NCBI GenBank assembly: GCA_964016885.1
Contig: OZ024743.1
Span: 354,268,001 to 354,332,000 of the forward strand
From: Eledone cirrhosa
Lineage: Eukaryota
Length of the DNA: 64,000 bases
Direction of reading: 5' to 3'
Each line of letters begins with the position of its first letter. Within the stretch, counting starts at the first letter, position 1. The notes beneath the pieces are model-generated. The model saw only the letters and a list, made by a program, of their open reading frames with translations. It did not search any database and was not told the DNA's origin. Below are positions 41,176 through 54,218 of the stretch, one piece after another. The translations under genes and the position numbers were made by a program.

Positions 41176-41564
41176 GTTTTGCGAGGTTTTTGGTATGAAA
41201 TCGTGTGTCGAAACAAATTTTGTTATACTTGGGGAGGGTCATATTGTTGTAATACTATTGCCAGAAATAAAAATGGCGTAGACATACAATACAACAGGAG
41301 GAACATAATAGTACCACTGATGACGTTGCAGATGTGCAACGAAAGAACTTTGTTAGACTATATATATAAGTATTTATATCTGTGTTTATATATTATATCT
41401 ATATTTTTTACCGTTGGTCAGTCATTGATAACATTGAGGACCAAATGAATTAACTGTGGAGATATAAAAGATACAGAAGCGAAAACCAACCAAACAGTGA
41501 GTATGCTCTGTTATTATTTCTGGCAATATTATGACAACAATATGACCCTGCCCTAGTATAACAA
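41176..41564 (+). mobile_element. Non-coding PLE terminal element with inverted ends and hammerhead
   Basis: 41220-41270 is the reverse complement of about 41514-41564; the ends resemble those of the PLE at 30102-32657. Confidence 0.8.
41308..41361 (+). ncRNA. Minimal type-I hammerhead ribozyme
   Basis: AUAGUacCA CUGAUGA C GUUGCA-gaug-UGCAAC GAAA GAAC UU UGuuagACUAU. Confidence 0.8.
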
Positions 41565-41576
41565 TATATATATATA

Positions 41577-41722
41577 CTAGCAGAATGGCACGGCGTTGCT
41601 CGGGATTTGCTCTAGGGTTCTTATATATTTGATATATATTTATCCTTATCGAGCCTCGTGAAATAAATACGTTTGTTTATATTTTGTTATTGTGTATGCA
41701 AAAATATGTGTACATGAATATA

Positions 41723-41794
<72 letters not shown>

Positions 41795-42260
41795 TAACAG
41801 ATTAAAGTTTAAGAAAAGAATCACTGCTTTCACCCTTAACGGGATCTTCTGAAATTAAAATAATCTATCTGTGAACGCAGGAGTAAATATTTTGAAAAAC
41901 GTTACACATTATATATATAGATACACACACTATATATACATATACACACACACACACACATCATCATCATAATGTCGTAATGCAGACAGCCAGACAATCA
42001 GACAGATATTATAAGAGCGCAACTTTATATCTATGTATCTATCTAAAAAGAAAGACTAAGAATTATAGAGAGAGATCGCTAAATCGCCTTATGCGGTCCC
42101 TAGGGCATTGAAAATTTGAAATTTATCTTTCTCAAAACACTCACAGGACGATAAGTATTACATGTGTAAAGTTTGAAAACAATCGGTTGGGTGGTTCTGG
42201 GTGGTTCTCGAGTTTTAGGGGACTGACAGACAGACAGACGTTCTCTGTTTTAGACATATA
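41577..42260 (-). mobile_element. Non-autonomous Helitron
   Basis: Minus-strand 3' end CCCGAGCAACGCCGtG hairpin plus CTAG; (GTCT)n near the 5' end. Confidence 0.75.
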
Positions 42261-42404
42261 CTAGTAGAATGGCCCGGTGTTGCTCGGAATTTGCTCTGGG
42301 TTTCTTATATATTTGATATATATTTATCCTTATCGAGCCTCGTGAAATAAATACGTTTGTTTATATTTTGTTATTGTGTATGCAAAACTATCTGTACACG
42401 AATA

Positions 42405-42459
<55 letters not shown>

Positions 42460-43610
42460 ATAATAATAAATTTGAAAACTAAAATCCAAAGAGGGCTCGA
42501 TAAGGATAAATATATATCAAATATATAAGAACTGTAGAGCAAATATTTATTAAAATAACAGATTAAAGTTTAAGCAAAGAATCGATGCTTTCACCCTTAA
42601 CGGGATCTTCTGAAACTAACAAAGTCAATCTGTAAACGCAGAACTGGATATTTCAAAAAACGTTGCAACCGGAGGAAGACAGGAAGACGATACTTTGGTT
42701 CGTGGAAATGTTCGCTGGCAAAGAACGGGAAAAAACGAATATAATACGTCGTTAATAGGAGCGGTGAAAAACAATTACGCGCAAAGACAGAACCACGTTT
42801 ATGGTATAAAAGAGGTCGTAGACTAATGTTCTCTTAGGTGGTGCATAGAGACGTTCTCTGGCAATGAACGAAAAAACGAAGATAATACCTCATATGTGGA
42901 GCGTAGAGAACAATAGCACGCAAAGACAAAACCACGTAAACGGTATAGCAGAAGTCGTAGACTAAAATTCTAACAAGGAGACCAAATGAATCACCACTAC
43001 AGAGTTAAGAACAAAGTAAATAAATACAATACAGAAGTAATAGAAATAAATAAATACATACACGCAAACAAATACGTACATACACGAGCATACGCAAAAC
43101 TTACCATAGGTATACAAAACCCCGCACATATAAATATGTGTGTGTGTGTATGTGTGTATATAAATAAATAAATAATTATATAAACATATATAGATAAGTA
43201 AATACGTATATAACAAGCGCACACACATACCTTCATATAAACACACAAGTATCGTCTTCCTGTCTTGCTCCGGTTGCAACGTTTTTTGAAATATCCAGTT
43301 CTGCGTTTACAGATTGACTTTGTTAGTTTCAGAAGATTACGTTAAGGGTGAAAGCAGCGATTCTTTGCTTAAACTTTAATCTGTTATTTTAATAAATATA
43401 TATATATATATTTATTAAAATAACAGATTAAAGTTTAAGCAAAGAATCGCTGCTTTCACCCTTAACGGGATCTTCTGAAACTAACAAAGGCAATCTGTAA
43501 ACGCAGAACTGGATATTTCAAAAAACGTTGCAACCGGAGGAAGACAGGAAGACGATACTTTGGTTCGTGGTAACGTTCGCTGGCAAAGAACGGAAAAAAA
43601 CGAATATATA
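42261..43610 (-). mobile_element. Second Helitron-family copy with internal tandem and inverted rearrangements
   Basis: Same CTAG/hairpin end as 41577; the 42545-42745 block recurs inverted at 43250-43400 and direct at 43410-43605. Confidence 0.7.
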
Positions 43611-43717
43611 TATATATATAAATGAAGTAATTCCGTCGGAAAGGTACAGAAAAAAAGAGAGCTCTATGTAGGTTACAGAGCTTATTAGTTATGTAATAAA
43701 CAACATAAGATAATTAT

Positions 43718-43779
43718 TTCATTTACCAGTGGTTTCTTGAAAGCAGATATTTATATCTGCTTTCAGTCGTCAGAATGAA
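43718..43779 (-). ncRNA. Type-I hammerhead ribozyme, 13 bp stem II
   Basis: UUCAUU CUGACGA C UGAAAGCAGAUAU-aa-AUAUCUGCUUUCA A GAAA CCA-C-UGG UA AAUGAA. Confidence 0.9.
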
Positions 43780-44089
43780 TAAAAACAAGGTGTTTTTATT
43801 AAATATGGATTTTAAAACAAAAATTAATATATATATATATGTATGTGTTTGTATTTATGTTCCTGTCTGTAAACGCTAATACGTTTATGTGATTTAGCAT
43901 TGTCTTCGTTCCTTTTAAGTATATGTGCGTCGTTTGGTGAGTTTGCTTACGCTCTGAAAATTTGTTATATATATATTTATATATTTTTTCTACCCTTCTT
44001 TTTCGTTTGTTTGTTTCTCAGCCTCACTTTCTTATTTCTTAAATATTTTTGTTTTCAAATCCATATTTAATAAAAATACCATGTTTTTA

Positions 44090-44151
44090 TTCATTCTGAC
44101 GACTGAAAGCATATATAAATATCTGCTTTCAAGAAACCATTGGTAAATGAA
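44090..44151 (+). ncRNA. Type-I hammerhead ribozyme (mirror of 43718-43779)
   Basis: Same fold with one stem II mismatch; predicted GUA cleavage after 44145. Confidence 0.88.
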
Positions 44152-44252
44152 ATAATTATCTTATGTTGTTTGTTACATAAATAAATAAATAAATATATAT
44201 ATATATTAAAATAACAGATTAAAGTTTAAGCAAAGAATCGCTGCTTTCACTC

Positions 44253-44354
44253 GGCTTCTTCCGGACTAGAACTGTTTCATTTGGAGGAAATCATCAGGAA
44301 AGGGCTTTCCTGATGATTTACTCCGAATGAAACAGTTCTAATCCTGTAGTAGCC
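44253..44354. ncRNA. About 100 bp palindrome of two back-to-back hammerhead-like cores
   Basis: CUGAUGA-12 nt-GAAACAGUUCUA on both strands around centre 44303/44304; stems I and II are weak. Confidence 0.55.
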
Positions 44355-44367
44355 ATTTCGATATTAT

Positions 44368-44520
44368 ACCATGGTTTCTAGCATAGTTACGTCCCTTTAC
44401 AGTCTGAGTTCAAATCCCGCCGAGGTTAACGTTGCCTTTCATCCTTACGGGGTCGATAAAATAAAGTACCAGTAATGTACTGGATATTTGGTGGCCTTGT
44501 GCCTAAAGTAGAAACAATTA
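44368..44520 (+). mobile_element. SINE family 1, 5'-truncated
   Basis: Matches family consensus. Confidence 0.88.
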
Positions 44521-44602
44521 TATATATATATATATATATATAGCAGAGTATAAAAGTTTTAATATAGATGAGATTCTACAGGACTAGAACTGTTTCATTC
44601 AT

Positions 44603-44691
<89 letters not shown>

Positions 44692-44937
44692 AAGAGGTGG
44701 TGAGAGTGTAAGAGGTGAAAGAGTGAGAGATTGGTGAGGAAATCTGCGTGCGTTAACCACGTACTTTTGTGTATGTGTGTGTGATCAATACATCCACTTA
44801 TTAAACGTATATATGTGTGTGTATAGGACTGTATGTGGTAATGTATTTCTGCTCGATTTCATTGTATATGTTCCATATGTTTACTCTGGAAGTGTATTTC
44901 ATATACAGAATAAAGGAGATAGAGATTAAAAGAGACA

Positions 44938-44946
44938 GTGTAAGAC

Positions 44947-45013
<67 letters not shown>

Positions 45014-45170
45014 TAGTGTAAGACACGAGAGAGAGACAGTGTAAGACACGGGTAGAGAGAGAGTGTGTAAGACAGAGAAAGAGAGAGAGAGAGAGTGTGT
45101 GTAAGACACGGGGCGAGAGAGTGTAAGACACGGGGAGAGAGAGAGTGTGTAAGACACGGGGGGAGGAGTG

Positions 45171-45180
<10 letters not shown>
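44938..45180. repeat. Minisatellite: GTGTAAGACACG units separated by (GA)n
   Basis: About 8 copies of gtgtaaga(cacg). Confidence 0.85.
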
Positions 45181-45224
<44 letters not shown>

Positions 45225-45453
45225 GAGAGCGAGAGACGCACACACAGAACGAAAGAGAGGGAATTATGTGGCTAGAAGGTGTGAGTGTGTGTGAGGAAAT
45301 GAAAGAAAGACAATGTGTGTTAAGGTAGGGGATAGTAAAAGAAAAGAAGAATAAAGATGAGAGCGAGAGAGAAAGAAAGATGAGAAGAGAAAGAGAGATA
45401 GAAAAAAAATTAAGTTTGAAATTAAGAAAAATGAAAGAAAAGGAGAGAAATAA

Positions 45454-45487
<34 letters not shown>

Positions 45488-45707
45488 TATTTTCCGTTGT
45501 ATTGTAATATAAATATTACACACAGTATATTATCAGCTCACGTAGAGTTTGCTCGACGGTTCCAGTTGTAGTTCCAAAAGTAATCCGGAGAAAAATAGAA
45601 AGATTTGAATGGATACAGTTTAGTTGAAAGGAATTTATTGACACGTGTTTCTATAACAGTTACATAACCTAAAACAGCTGCTATCTACAAACTTTTAGTT
45701 ATGCAGA

Positions 45708-45753
45708 CATTCAATATTTCAATGTTATTATTTACTGTCATTTCATCAGAATA
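45708..45753 (-). ncRNA. Degenerate hammerhead candidate
   Basis: UAUU CUGAUGA AAUG...CAUU GAAA UAU UG AAUG; G at the cleavage position; cut off by (TA)n. Confidence 0.45.
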
Positions 45754-45767
45754 TATATATATATATA

Positions 45768-46118
45768 TACGGTATTAAATAAATGGAAACTATATTTATA
45801 AAACCATATTTATTTCATTATATATATTTCAGGGATATCATATTAAAAATATGTTATGCCTTCTTCAGACAAAATACAATATAAACAGTCTTATAAATAA
45901 ATAGATAACTGTCCCTAATATTTTTTCCACTACCAAATCAACTTTTCAAATAGAAGTCGAAGTTGAAAGGTATGTCGAATCTATCTATTTATAAGACTGT
46001 TTATATTGTATTTTTGTCTGAAGAAGGCATAACATATTTTTAATATGATATCCCTGAAATATATATAATGAAATAAATATGGTTTTATAAATATAGTTTC
46101 CATTTATTTAATACCGTA
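45768..46118. repeat. Inverted duplication (about 135 bp arms) with hammerhead motifs at 45811-45876 (minus) and 46009-46075 (plus)
   Basis: Arms are near-identical; CUGAAGA AGGcAUAaCAUAU-loop-AUAUGaUAUcCCU GAAA UAUA UA; stem I is imperfect. Confidence 0.8.
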
Positions 46119-46202
46119 AATATACTCCAAATACTTGTTGAGTGCTTTTATATCAGTTATAAATATTTACTCGTTGTTAACCCAACAATTTAAATAAAAC
46201 TT

Positions 46203-46261
<59 letters not shown>

Positions 46262-46292
46262 ATATACATATATATATACATATATATACATA

Positions 46293-46385
<93 letters not shown>

Positions 46386-46424
46386 CATATATATAATATA
46401 TACATATATATACATATACATATA

Positions 46425-46471
<47 letters not shown>

Positions 46472-46589
46472 TATATATATATATATATATACCACCACCC
46501 CACTCTCAAGAGCGTGAAACTAATAAACCTTTGTTCGTACTGCCTCTCTGTTTTGTTCCCGTTCAATTTTTCACTATATATATATATAT

Positions 46590-46660
<71 letters not shown>

Positions 46661-47250
46661 GGGGGGGGGGGGAGTAAAAGAGAGAGAAAGTAAGAGAGAG
46701 AAAGTGTGATAAAAACTTATAGACATAGATAGACATAGACAGATAAATGAGAGAACAAGAGACAGCAAGGGTGAAAAAGAGATACTGCTAATCGTTTTAC
46801 TCCTTCTAGAAGAGCTATTCTTGTGTGAAATAATCGACTGGCTTATTGTTGCTGACAGAAGCTATAGAAAGCCGTGGAGTCATATTGTCGGCCTAGTAAC
46901 GCCATTTTGGATGAGGTGCCAGTCGTTACAGATCTTTTGGGCAGACCATCTCCCTATCTCACTATATACTACCATGATCTGACCACAAACATGCCAGTTT
47001 TGATATGCTTTCACATCCATCTACTTTTTCTCCATTTTTTTGTTTGTTTGTTGTTGTCTTGTTCAAGTTTGAGGATGTGCTAGTGTAGAGATGAGTATTT
47101 ATTTCGTTGTTGTTAAAATGATGCTGGTGGTGATGATGATGATAATTATTATGATGATGATGATGATAACATGATAATGGTGATGATAATATGATAATGA
47201 TGATGATGGTAATTATGATGATGATAACAATGAGGGTTATGATGATGAAC

Positions 47251-47302
<52 letters not shown>

Positions 47303-47532
47303 GAACAAATGATGACAATAACAGCAAGAAATACTGTTATTTTTATAACAATAATAATAGTCATAATATTATTATTGTTATTTTTGTTATTGTCGGCTCT
47401 TGTGGACAATAAATGAAATCGTTATTATTATTATTATTATTTTGTGGCTAATAAAATAAAGTACCAGTAATGCACTGGGTATTTGCTGGCCTTGTGCCTA
47501 AAGTAGAAACAATTATTATTATTATTATTATT

Positions 47533-50500
47533 GTTCTTTGAGTCTCATTCATTGATGTTATTTAACTGGAAAGTTTGTTGAAATGAATATCAAGCCGCTA
47601 CCTGCAGCCTCAGATATTCAGGACGTATCGGAGAGTTCTTGCTGTTCCCAGTAAGCATGCCTTTGAGGTGTTCCAAAAAGCGGGGCGGGACCAGTTTTCT
47701 TTAACCATCCTTGGAAACTCTTTGAGATAGTACCTAGTGCGCCTATGACAATCGGGATCACTTTGACCTCGTGGCAGTTCCAAATCCTTTTTATCCCCCA
47801 CTTTAAGTCCTGGTATCGGTTAATTTTCTCCCTCTCCTTCTCTTGCACACTCGTGTCAAATGGGCAGGCTACATCTACAATCAGGCACGATCTTTTTTCC
47901 TTGTCCAAAACCACCAGGTCAGGCCTATTGTGTTCCAGTTTCTTGTCCGTCTGTATGCTAAAATCCCACAGCACCTTCCCCTGATCGTTTTCTATCACCG
48001 ACTCTGGCTTATGCTCATACCACTTCTCAGAATGTGGTAAATTATTTACTTTGCATAGGTGCCAGTGGATCACCCTGCCCATCACATCATGTCTCCAGCC
48101 TTTATAGTGAGTCTGGTCTAGGTGTTTACACTCGGATACAATGTGAGCCACAGTCTCCTCTCTCTCTCTACAGATCCTACACAGTGGGCTAGCCTCCTCC
48201 TTGTAAATATGGTGTTTCATCCACTTCGTTTTGAGGGCCTGCTCTTGCGCAGCCATTAACATTCCTTCTGTAGCCTTTTTAAGGTCTCATCTTTTCAACC
48301 GGGTTCGTGTCTGTGGATCTCTAAATTCAGTTTTCTGAAAGAAGGTACTATGAAGGGATTTTTCAGAAAAGTTGCTCTTTCTCCTTGATGTTATTTCCTC
48401 CTTGGACATCCCCTGGTCTATTGTACTCCCTCTCCTTCAGTACAATTCTGAGCGTTGGCTCCCTACTATCAGTCACGTATTTGTGTAGGTTGTTTTTCTC
48501 CATCTGAACACAGTCCTCTATGCTGATAAGACCTCTTCCACCTTCAGATCTCCTTAAGTAGAGTTTATCGACATCACTCCTCTTGTGGAACATGTTGTAG
48601 ATAGTCAATCGCTTCCTAGTCTTCCTATCCATTTCTTTTTGTTCAGCAACATTCCATCTCAGAATTCCCGCACTGTACTTAATAATAGACACAGCTAGGG
48701 AATTTACTGCACTTATGGCATTCCTACTGTTCAGATGTGACTTTAATACGCTCCTTACTCTCCTAATGTATTCAGATTTTATCAATTCCTTCATTTTTTT
48801 TGTACTTGATGTCATCAGCCTCCAGAACACCTAAATATTTGTATCCTTCTTCAGTATCAATTTCCTTTATCATCTCACCTGTTGGTACCTGGATTCGGTT
48901 GCTTCTGCTCAATTTACCCCTCTTCATCACAAGGATTCCACACTTACTGATAGCAAATTGCATACATATACCATCGCTGAAAATACGGACAGTGTCAACA
49001 AGCACATCCAACTCCTTCACACTCTTCCCGACGAGCTTAAGATCGCCCATGAAGAAGAGGTGATTGATGGTAAGCTCTCCCTTTCCCAACTTGTATCCTG
49101 CTCTCACTTTTCGCAGTATAATGGTCAGGGGGATCAGGGCAAGGACAAACAACAGAGGGGACAAACTATCTCCCTGGAAGATACCTCTCTTGATCTTCAC
49201 GCCTCCCAAGGATTCTCCGCCCGATATTAACTCTGTTTTCCAGGACTTCATACTTTTGCTCAACAACTGTCTGATGCTATCTGCCACCCTGAATATCTCT
49301 AGGCTATTGGTTATCCAAGAATGAGGTACCATGTCGAATGCCTTTTTGTAGTCTATCCATCCCATGGCAAGACCAGTGTGTCTCCTCCTGCAATTCCTCA
49401 TTACCATCTTATCAATAAGTAACTGGTCCTTTGTACCACGGGACTTCTTTCGGCATCCTTTCTGTTCGCCCGGTAACAAGTTGTTTATGTGGAGGTGATG
49501 GTAGATTTCCTCAGACACAATGCTTGTCAACAGTTTCCACATTACGGACAGACATGTGATAGGTCTATAGTTAGTAACATCATTACCCTTGGTTCGGTCT
49601 TTCATTACCAGAACTGTGGTACCTTTTGTCAACCACTCTGGTATCTCACCTGACATCAAGCAGTCATTGAACATGGTTGTCAGTTTCGGGTGGAGGGATG
49701 TTATATTTTTAATCCAATACCCCTGCACACCATCTGGGCCTGGTGATTTCCAGTTGGTTAGTTTTCTGGCCTGCCCCTTAAGAGTTTCAACTGCGATACT
49801 CAGATCAGTCTGTTGGTGTGCCTGTTCACTAGTCTCCTTTTGTACTGTCTCAATCCACACTGCCTGATCATTATGTCTAACATCCTGCTCCCATATTCCT
49901 CTCCAGAATGTCTTAGTTTGTTCCGCCTCAGGGATCAAATCGTTGCCTCTTTCTTTCCCTTCAAGCTGTCCAAACAGCATCTTCTGGTTGTTGTCAAACA
50001 TGCGGTTCTGTCTATACTGACTGACTCTGCTCTGGTATCGCCTAATCTTTGCGCTCTTTGCTACAATACGTTGCTACAGTTCCTCTATGATAATATTTAG
50101 CTTTTTCCTCCTAGTTTTGTACTTTATTTCCAGTCTATTTTTAGTGTCTATGTTTTTTAGTGTCCCATTCAGTAGGGACGCAAGCTTTTCAATGTTATTT
50201 CTCATTTCCCTGATTTGACCATTCAGTCGTTTCTTCCACCAAGGTTCTGATCTTTCTTGTTTGTTGTTTCCTCTCGCTTTACACCAAGTAATTTCCTCAC
50301 CGCATTTGCTGTTGCTTTGAGGATATTGTTGCACTGGTGAAGGTTCCACGCCTCAAGGTATGGGATGACATTGTTTACCTTAGCTGTTGTTTCTTTTAAC
50401 TTTTACCTGTCTACAAATAGGTTTCCCACTATCATTGTTCATTTCATCTACCACTAAGTTTAGGATATCAACCAAATCTTGTCCTAGCCCGTCAGCATTC

Positions 50501-51240
50501 ATTTCCTCAATAGCCGTATCTTTGTTCCAGGTATTATTTATTTCAGCATTCAGATCATTGTCTGCTTCGGATGCTTCTTCCGTTCTCTCAACCTTTTCAC
50601 CTTCATTTCCCACTGGCTCGTTTGCTTGGCATACTCCACTCTCCATTTCCAACCTAATCTCTCTGCTCAGTTCCTCCAGTTCCAGCTCGCTTATCCACCC
50701 ATTACTTCTTATTACTCGAGCCTGCCCGGCCAATTTTTGTTCATCTAATTTAAATAGACCAATCTCGTTCCAGATGTTATGCAACCGTTTCTTATAGCCT
50801 TTCTCCTTGGGGTTACTCTTCAGGTAACATTGCATAACAGTTCTATTCAATTCTTTCGTCCAGTTTGTTCTGGTCCATTTCCTTCTTCTTCTTCTTCTTC
50901 TTCTTCTTCTTCTTCTTCTTCTTCTTCTTCTTCTTCTTCTTCTTCTTCTTCTTCTTCTTCTTCTTCTTCTTCTTCTTCTTCCAACACCAGCAGTATTTGG
51001 ATGACAGCCAGGTCCCTGCTGCTGGGCCAGGGTGCACCTACTGGGTGAGAGTCTGTCACATGACATTCCAGTCTCCACTTCACCGTTATTCGAACTGTTT
51101 AGGTTCGACATTTAAACACTCATATCGAGGATTGGTGAATGTATGGTTACATAATCACCGTTGATTTCATCACCTCCAGTGATTTGATCACCCCCGCTGA
51201 TTTTAGCGTGGCACTATCACGTTGTAGACGAACATTACTA
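47533..51240 (-). mobile_element. Near full-length, frameshifted R4/Dong-like element (family C) ending in (TAA)n
   Basis: Fragments 51111-50380, 50349-50074, 50001-48772 (KSPGPDG, YRPITCL, IDYKKAFD, GIFQGDSLSP, catalytic DD changed to GD), 48830-48363 and 48262-47618 (CRIC...HIVSEC, RHD, RPDLVVLD). Confidence 0.92.
50880..50981. repeat. (TTC)n expansion inside the R4/Dong ORF
   Basis: About 33 perfect units, read as poly-Arg in the element frame. Confidence 0.97.
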
Positions 51241-51489
51241 AATAAACTAATAAATAGGTAAAAACTTTAAAAAATAAGCATAAGTTTCATTGTAATGTAA
51301 TGTTTTAATGTCTGACTTAGTTTTTTGTTTTGTTTGCTTGTTTGTGTTTCTTTTCTTTACGTTTTTCGTTGCTGCTGTGCTGTTTTAAATTTTGATTTTT
51401 TGATTTTAGCTTCATGAGAAGTAGGGCTGTTGCATTCAAAACTTTTGAAATTTGTTTCGACTTGTTGCTTATCATTATTATTATTATCA

Positions 51490-51700
51490 GCCGAGGTTAA
51501 CTTTGCTCTCAATCCCGACGGGGCCGACAAGACAAAGCACCAGCAATGCACTGGGCAATTGCCGGCCCTGTGCCAAAAGGAGCAACAATTATTATTATTA
51601 TTATATTATAGGGGGTCGATAAAACAAAGCACCAGCAATGCACTGGGCAATTGCCGGCCCTGCACTAAAGAAAGAAAAAAAAATAGAAACAATTATTATT
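51490..51700 (+). mobile_element. Two 5'-truncated, diverged SINE family 1-like copies
   Basis: gccgaggttaactttgc...accagcaatgcactgggcaattgccggccctg plus ATT tails. Confidence 0.7.
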
Positions 51701-51899
51701 ATTATATTATAGTTTAGATTTGACATCGTTTAAACTAAACAATTTGAGGTAGTTTTAGTGGTACAGCAGCAATAATGTTTTTGTTGTTGAAGTTGTTGCC
51801 TCTGACCGGGTCATCAAATCAGTCTATTTATATCTTTTGATACCTTCCTCACTTAGTGAGAATATACTATCCCTCTGTCTTAACAGGAGGTAGTGGGAA

Positions 51900-54218
51900 A
51901 GAATAGCGATGGTAGCGATAAATCGCCTGGTTTGGATGGTCTGCCCTATGAATTTTACGTACAGATGCCAGACTTGTTCGGAGACCTCTTGGCGGACGTC
52001 TACTGCAACTGGTAGCAGAACGGGAGAATTCCCAGCTCTGTGAGCCGAGGAGCGGTGGCACTGCTGAGAAAGGATCCGAACAAGGGGGATAATATAGATA
52101 ATTTCAGGTCCATAACTCTACAAAACATAGAGTTCAAGATTTGGGCCAAGGTGCTAGCAAAGAGGTTGGCACTTGTCGTTGGTGGTCTGGTGGGAGAGGC
52201 GCAGACATGCGCTATTCCCGACAGATCCATCCACGACAACCTCCACCTCATGCGATACATCGTGGAGAGGGTAGCTAAGGAACCTGGCACGGGTGGGTCC
52301 TTGATAAATTTAGATCAGTCGAAAGCTTTCGATAGGGTCGATCATCGTTACCTAGCGGCAGTCCTGAGGGCGGCTGGCTTTGGGCCCGTCTTCAGAGGCT
52401 GGATCGCTGCCATGCACAGCGACATCTGCTCTGTGGTGAGAGTGAACGGTCACCTTTCGGAACCGTTCAACCTCATGCGCTCGGTCCGCCAAGGATGTCC
52501 CCTCTCGTCCCTCTTGTACGTATTGACTCTCGAGCCAATACTGCACAAACTGGAGACGTTGAGGGGGAACCCGCGCGAACTAGGATGCGGAAGATCCGTG
52601 TCAGCATATGCGGACGATGTCACCGTAGTGGTGTCGAACGCCAAACACATCGAGGCGATCGGCACTACGCTAAGTGAATACCAAGCGGTCATAGGAGCAA
52701 TGATCAACCAGGAAAAGTCAGGGGCCTGCAGCTCAGCATCTGGAGAGACAGGTCCATGCCGTCCAACAGCGTCGTCGGGCGCTGGACGGACGGACCGGTT
52801 AAATTGCTAGGGGTCTGGTTCAGTCCGGACGTCCAGACGGACAAAAACTGGGACGAGGTGACGAGCAGGGTGGCTTCTCTCACCGAGAAATGGGCGGAGA
52901 GGAAGCTATCCCTGAAAGGTCGAGCGGAGGTGGCTAACGCGTACATCGCGTCTGTCATCTGCTACCGCCTGACCGTCGTACCTTGTCCTAAGCCTCGCCT
53001 GACTGCGCTGGAGCGTTTGCTCTTTCGCTTTTTGTGGAAGGGACGCGCTCCAATGGTCAGGCGGTCCATCTGCTGTCAACACCCGCTACGTGGAGGGCTG
53101 GGCATGCCGTGGCTGATGATGCGCAGACACGCGCTCAGGCTACGACATCTCCACCTCTTCCTCGACGGTGATCAGGTGTGGTCGCCGTTTGCAAGACACG
53201 TTTTTCCCCAGCTCGTCTCCTTGACGGAGCTGCAGTCCTGGGTCAAGCGAAGACTGAGAGGGAGCGCTTGGAGACTGGAATGTCTTCAGGCGCTCACAGC
53301 CCTCGACCAATCGGGCAATGTGATCGGTGGAAACTCCACCTTGGCGTTCTATAGGGGATTAGTGGAGGGGAAGAGCGACGACGTACTTGGAGAAACTCTA
53401 GGCGTCGACGAAAATCAACTAGCCAATCTCTTCGGAAGGACTTTCGGGCCGGGGCCTATGGACAACTTCCAGAAATCCCTGGCCTGGCGGTGCTACCGAG
53501 GAGCTTTGCCAGTTCGGGATAAACTCTACAGGCATGGAGGTGCCGTCAGCCGGGCATGTCCGAGATGCGCGCAGGGCGACGAAACCGTCCTGCACGCACT
53601 CGTCCAGTGTCCAAGCATTGCTGACTTGTGGGTTTATGTCGAACACCTGCAGTCACGTGTAGGACGGATCCAGCTATCAGCTGAGTCCATCGTGAGGATT
53701 GTCCCGCCCCCTTCCTTTATCCTGGAAGGGCAGGCAGTTTTTATCTGTCTGGTGGCCATGGCGAAAGAGATAGTATGGTGGACACGTTTGAAATGGCAGA
53801 AGACGAGCACTTACCTCTTCGGTGATGCCCTGATTAACTTTTTCAAATTTCATTTGAAAAGGAAAATCAGGGTAGAGAGGGAAGTGCTCTCTTCCCAGCA
53901 TTTTGTTGAAAGATGGGTGAGAGAAGCAAGTATGGCCCGAATGAATGGGCCTTCTCTGAGTATGTGTCTGTAAATTAAAGGTGGAAAACTGGGAGAGGGC
54001 ACTTGCCCTGGTGGTCAGGGCCACTGTGGTCTTTTAATGGGCTTTCTCCACAAATGTCCCTTGGAAGTCTCCCCCCTATTGGTGAATTTTTCTTTGTTAT
54101 TTTATTTTCAACCTCTGTTTTTTTACACGCAGAAATGCCCATTTGTACCGTCCTGTATTGTCCTGTACTGTCCTTAATGTCTACTTTATGTGAACCCTTG
54201 TGGTTAATAAAGAAAACA

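Larger units (their letters stand above)
43685..44183. repeat. Inverted duplication (about 140 bp arms) carrying a hammerhead in each arm
   Basis: 43685-43825 is the reverse complement of 44042-44183. Confidence 0.9.

Noticed and set aside
44938-45180. CRISPR-like repeat-spacer pattern
   Set aside because: Units are only about 12 bp, spacers are (GA)n, there are no cas genes and the context is eukaryotic.
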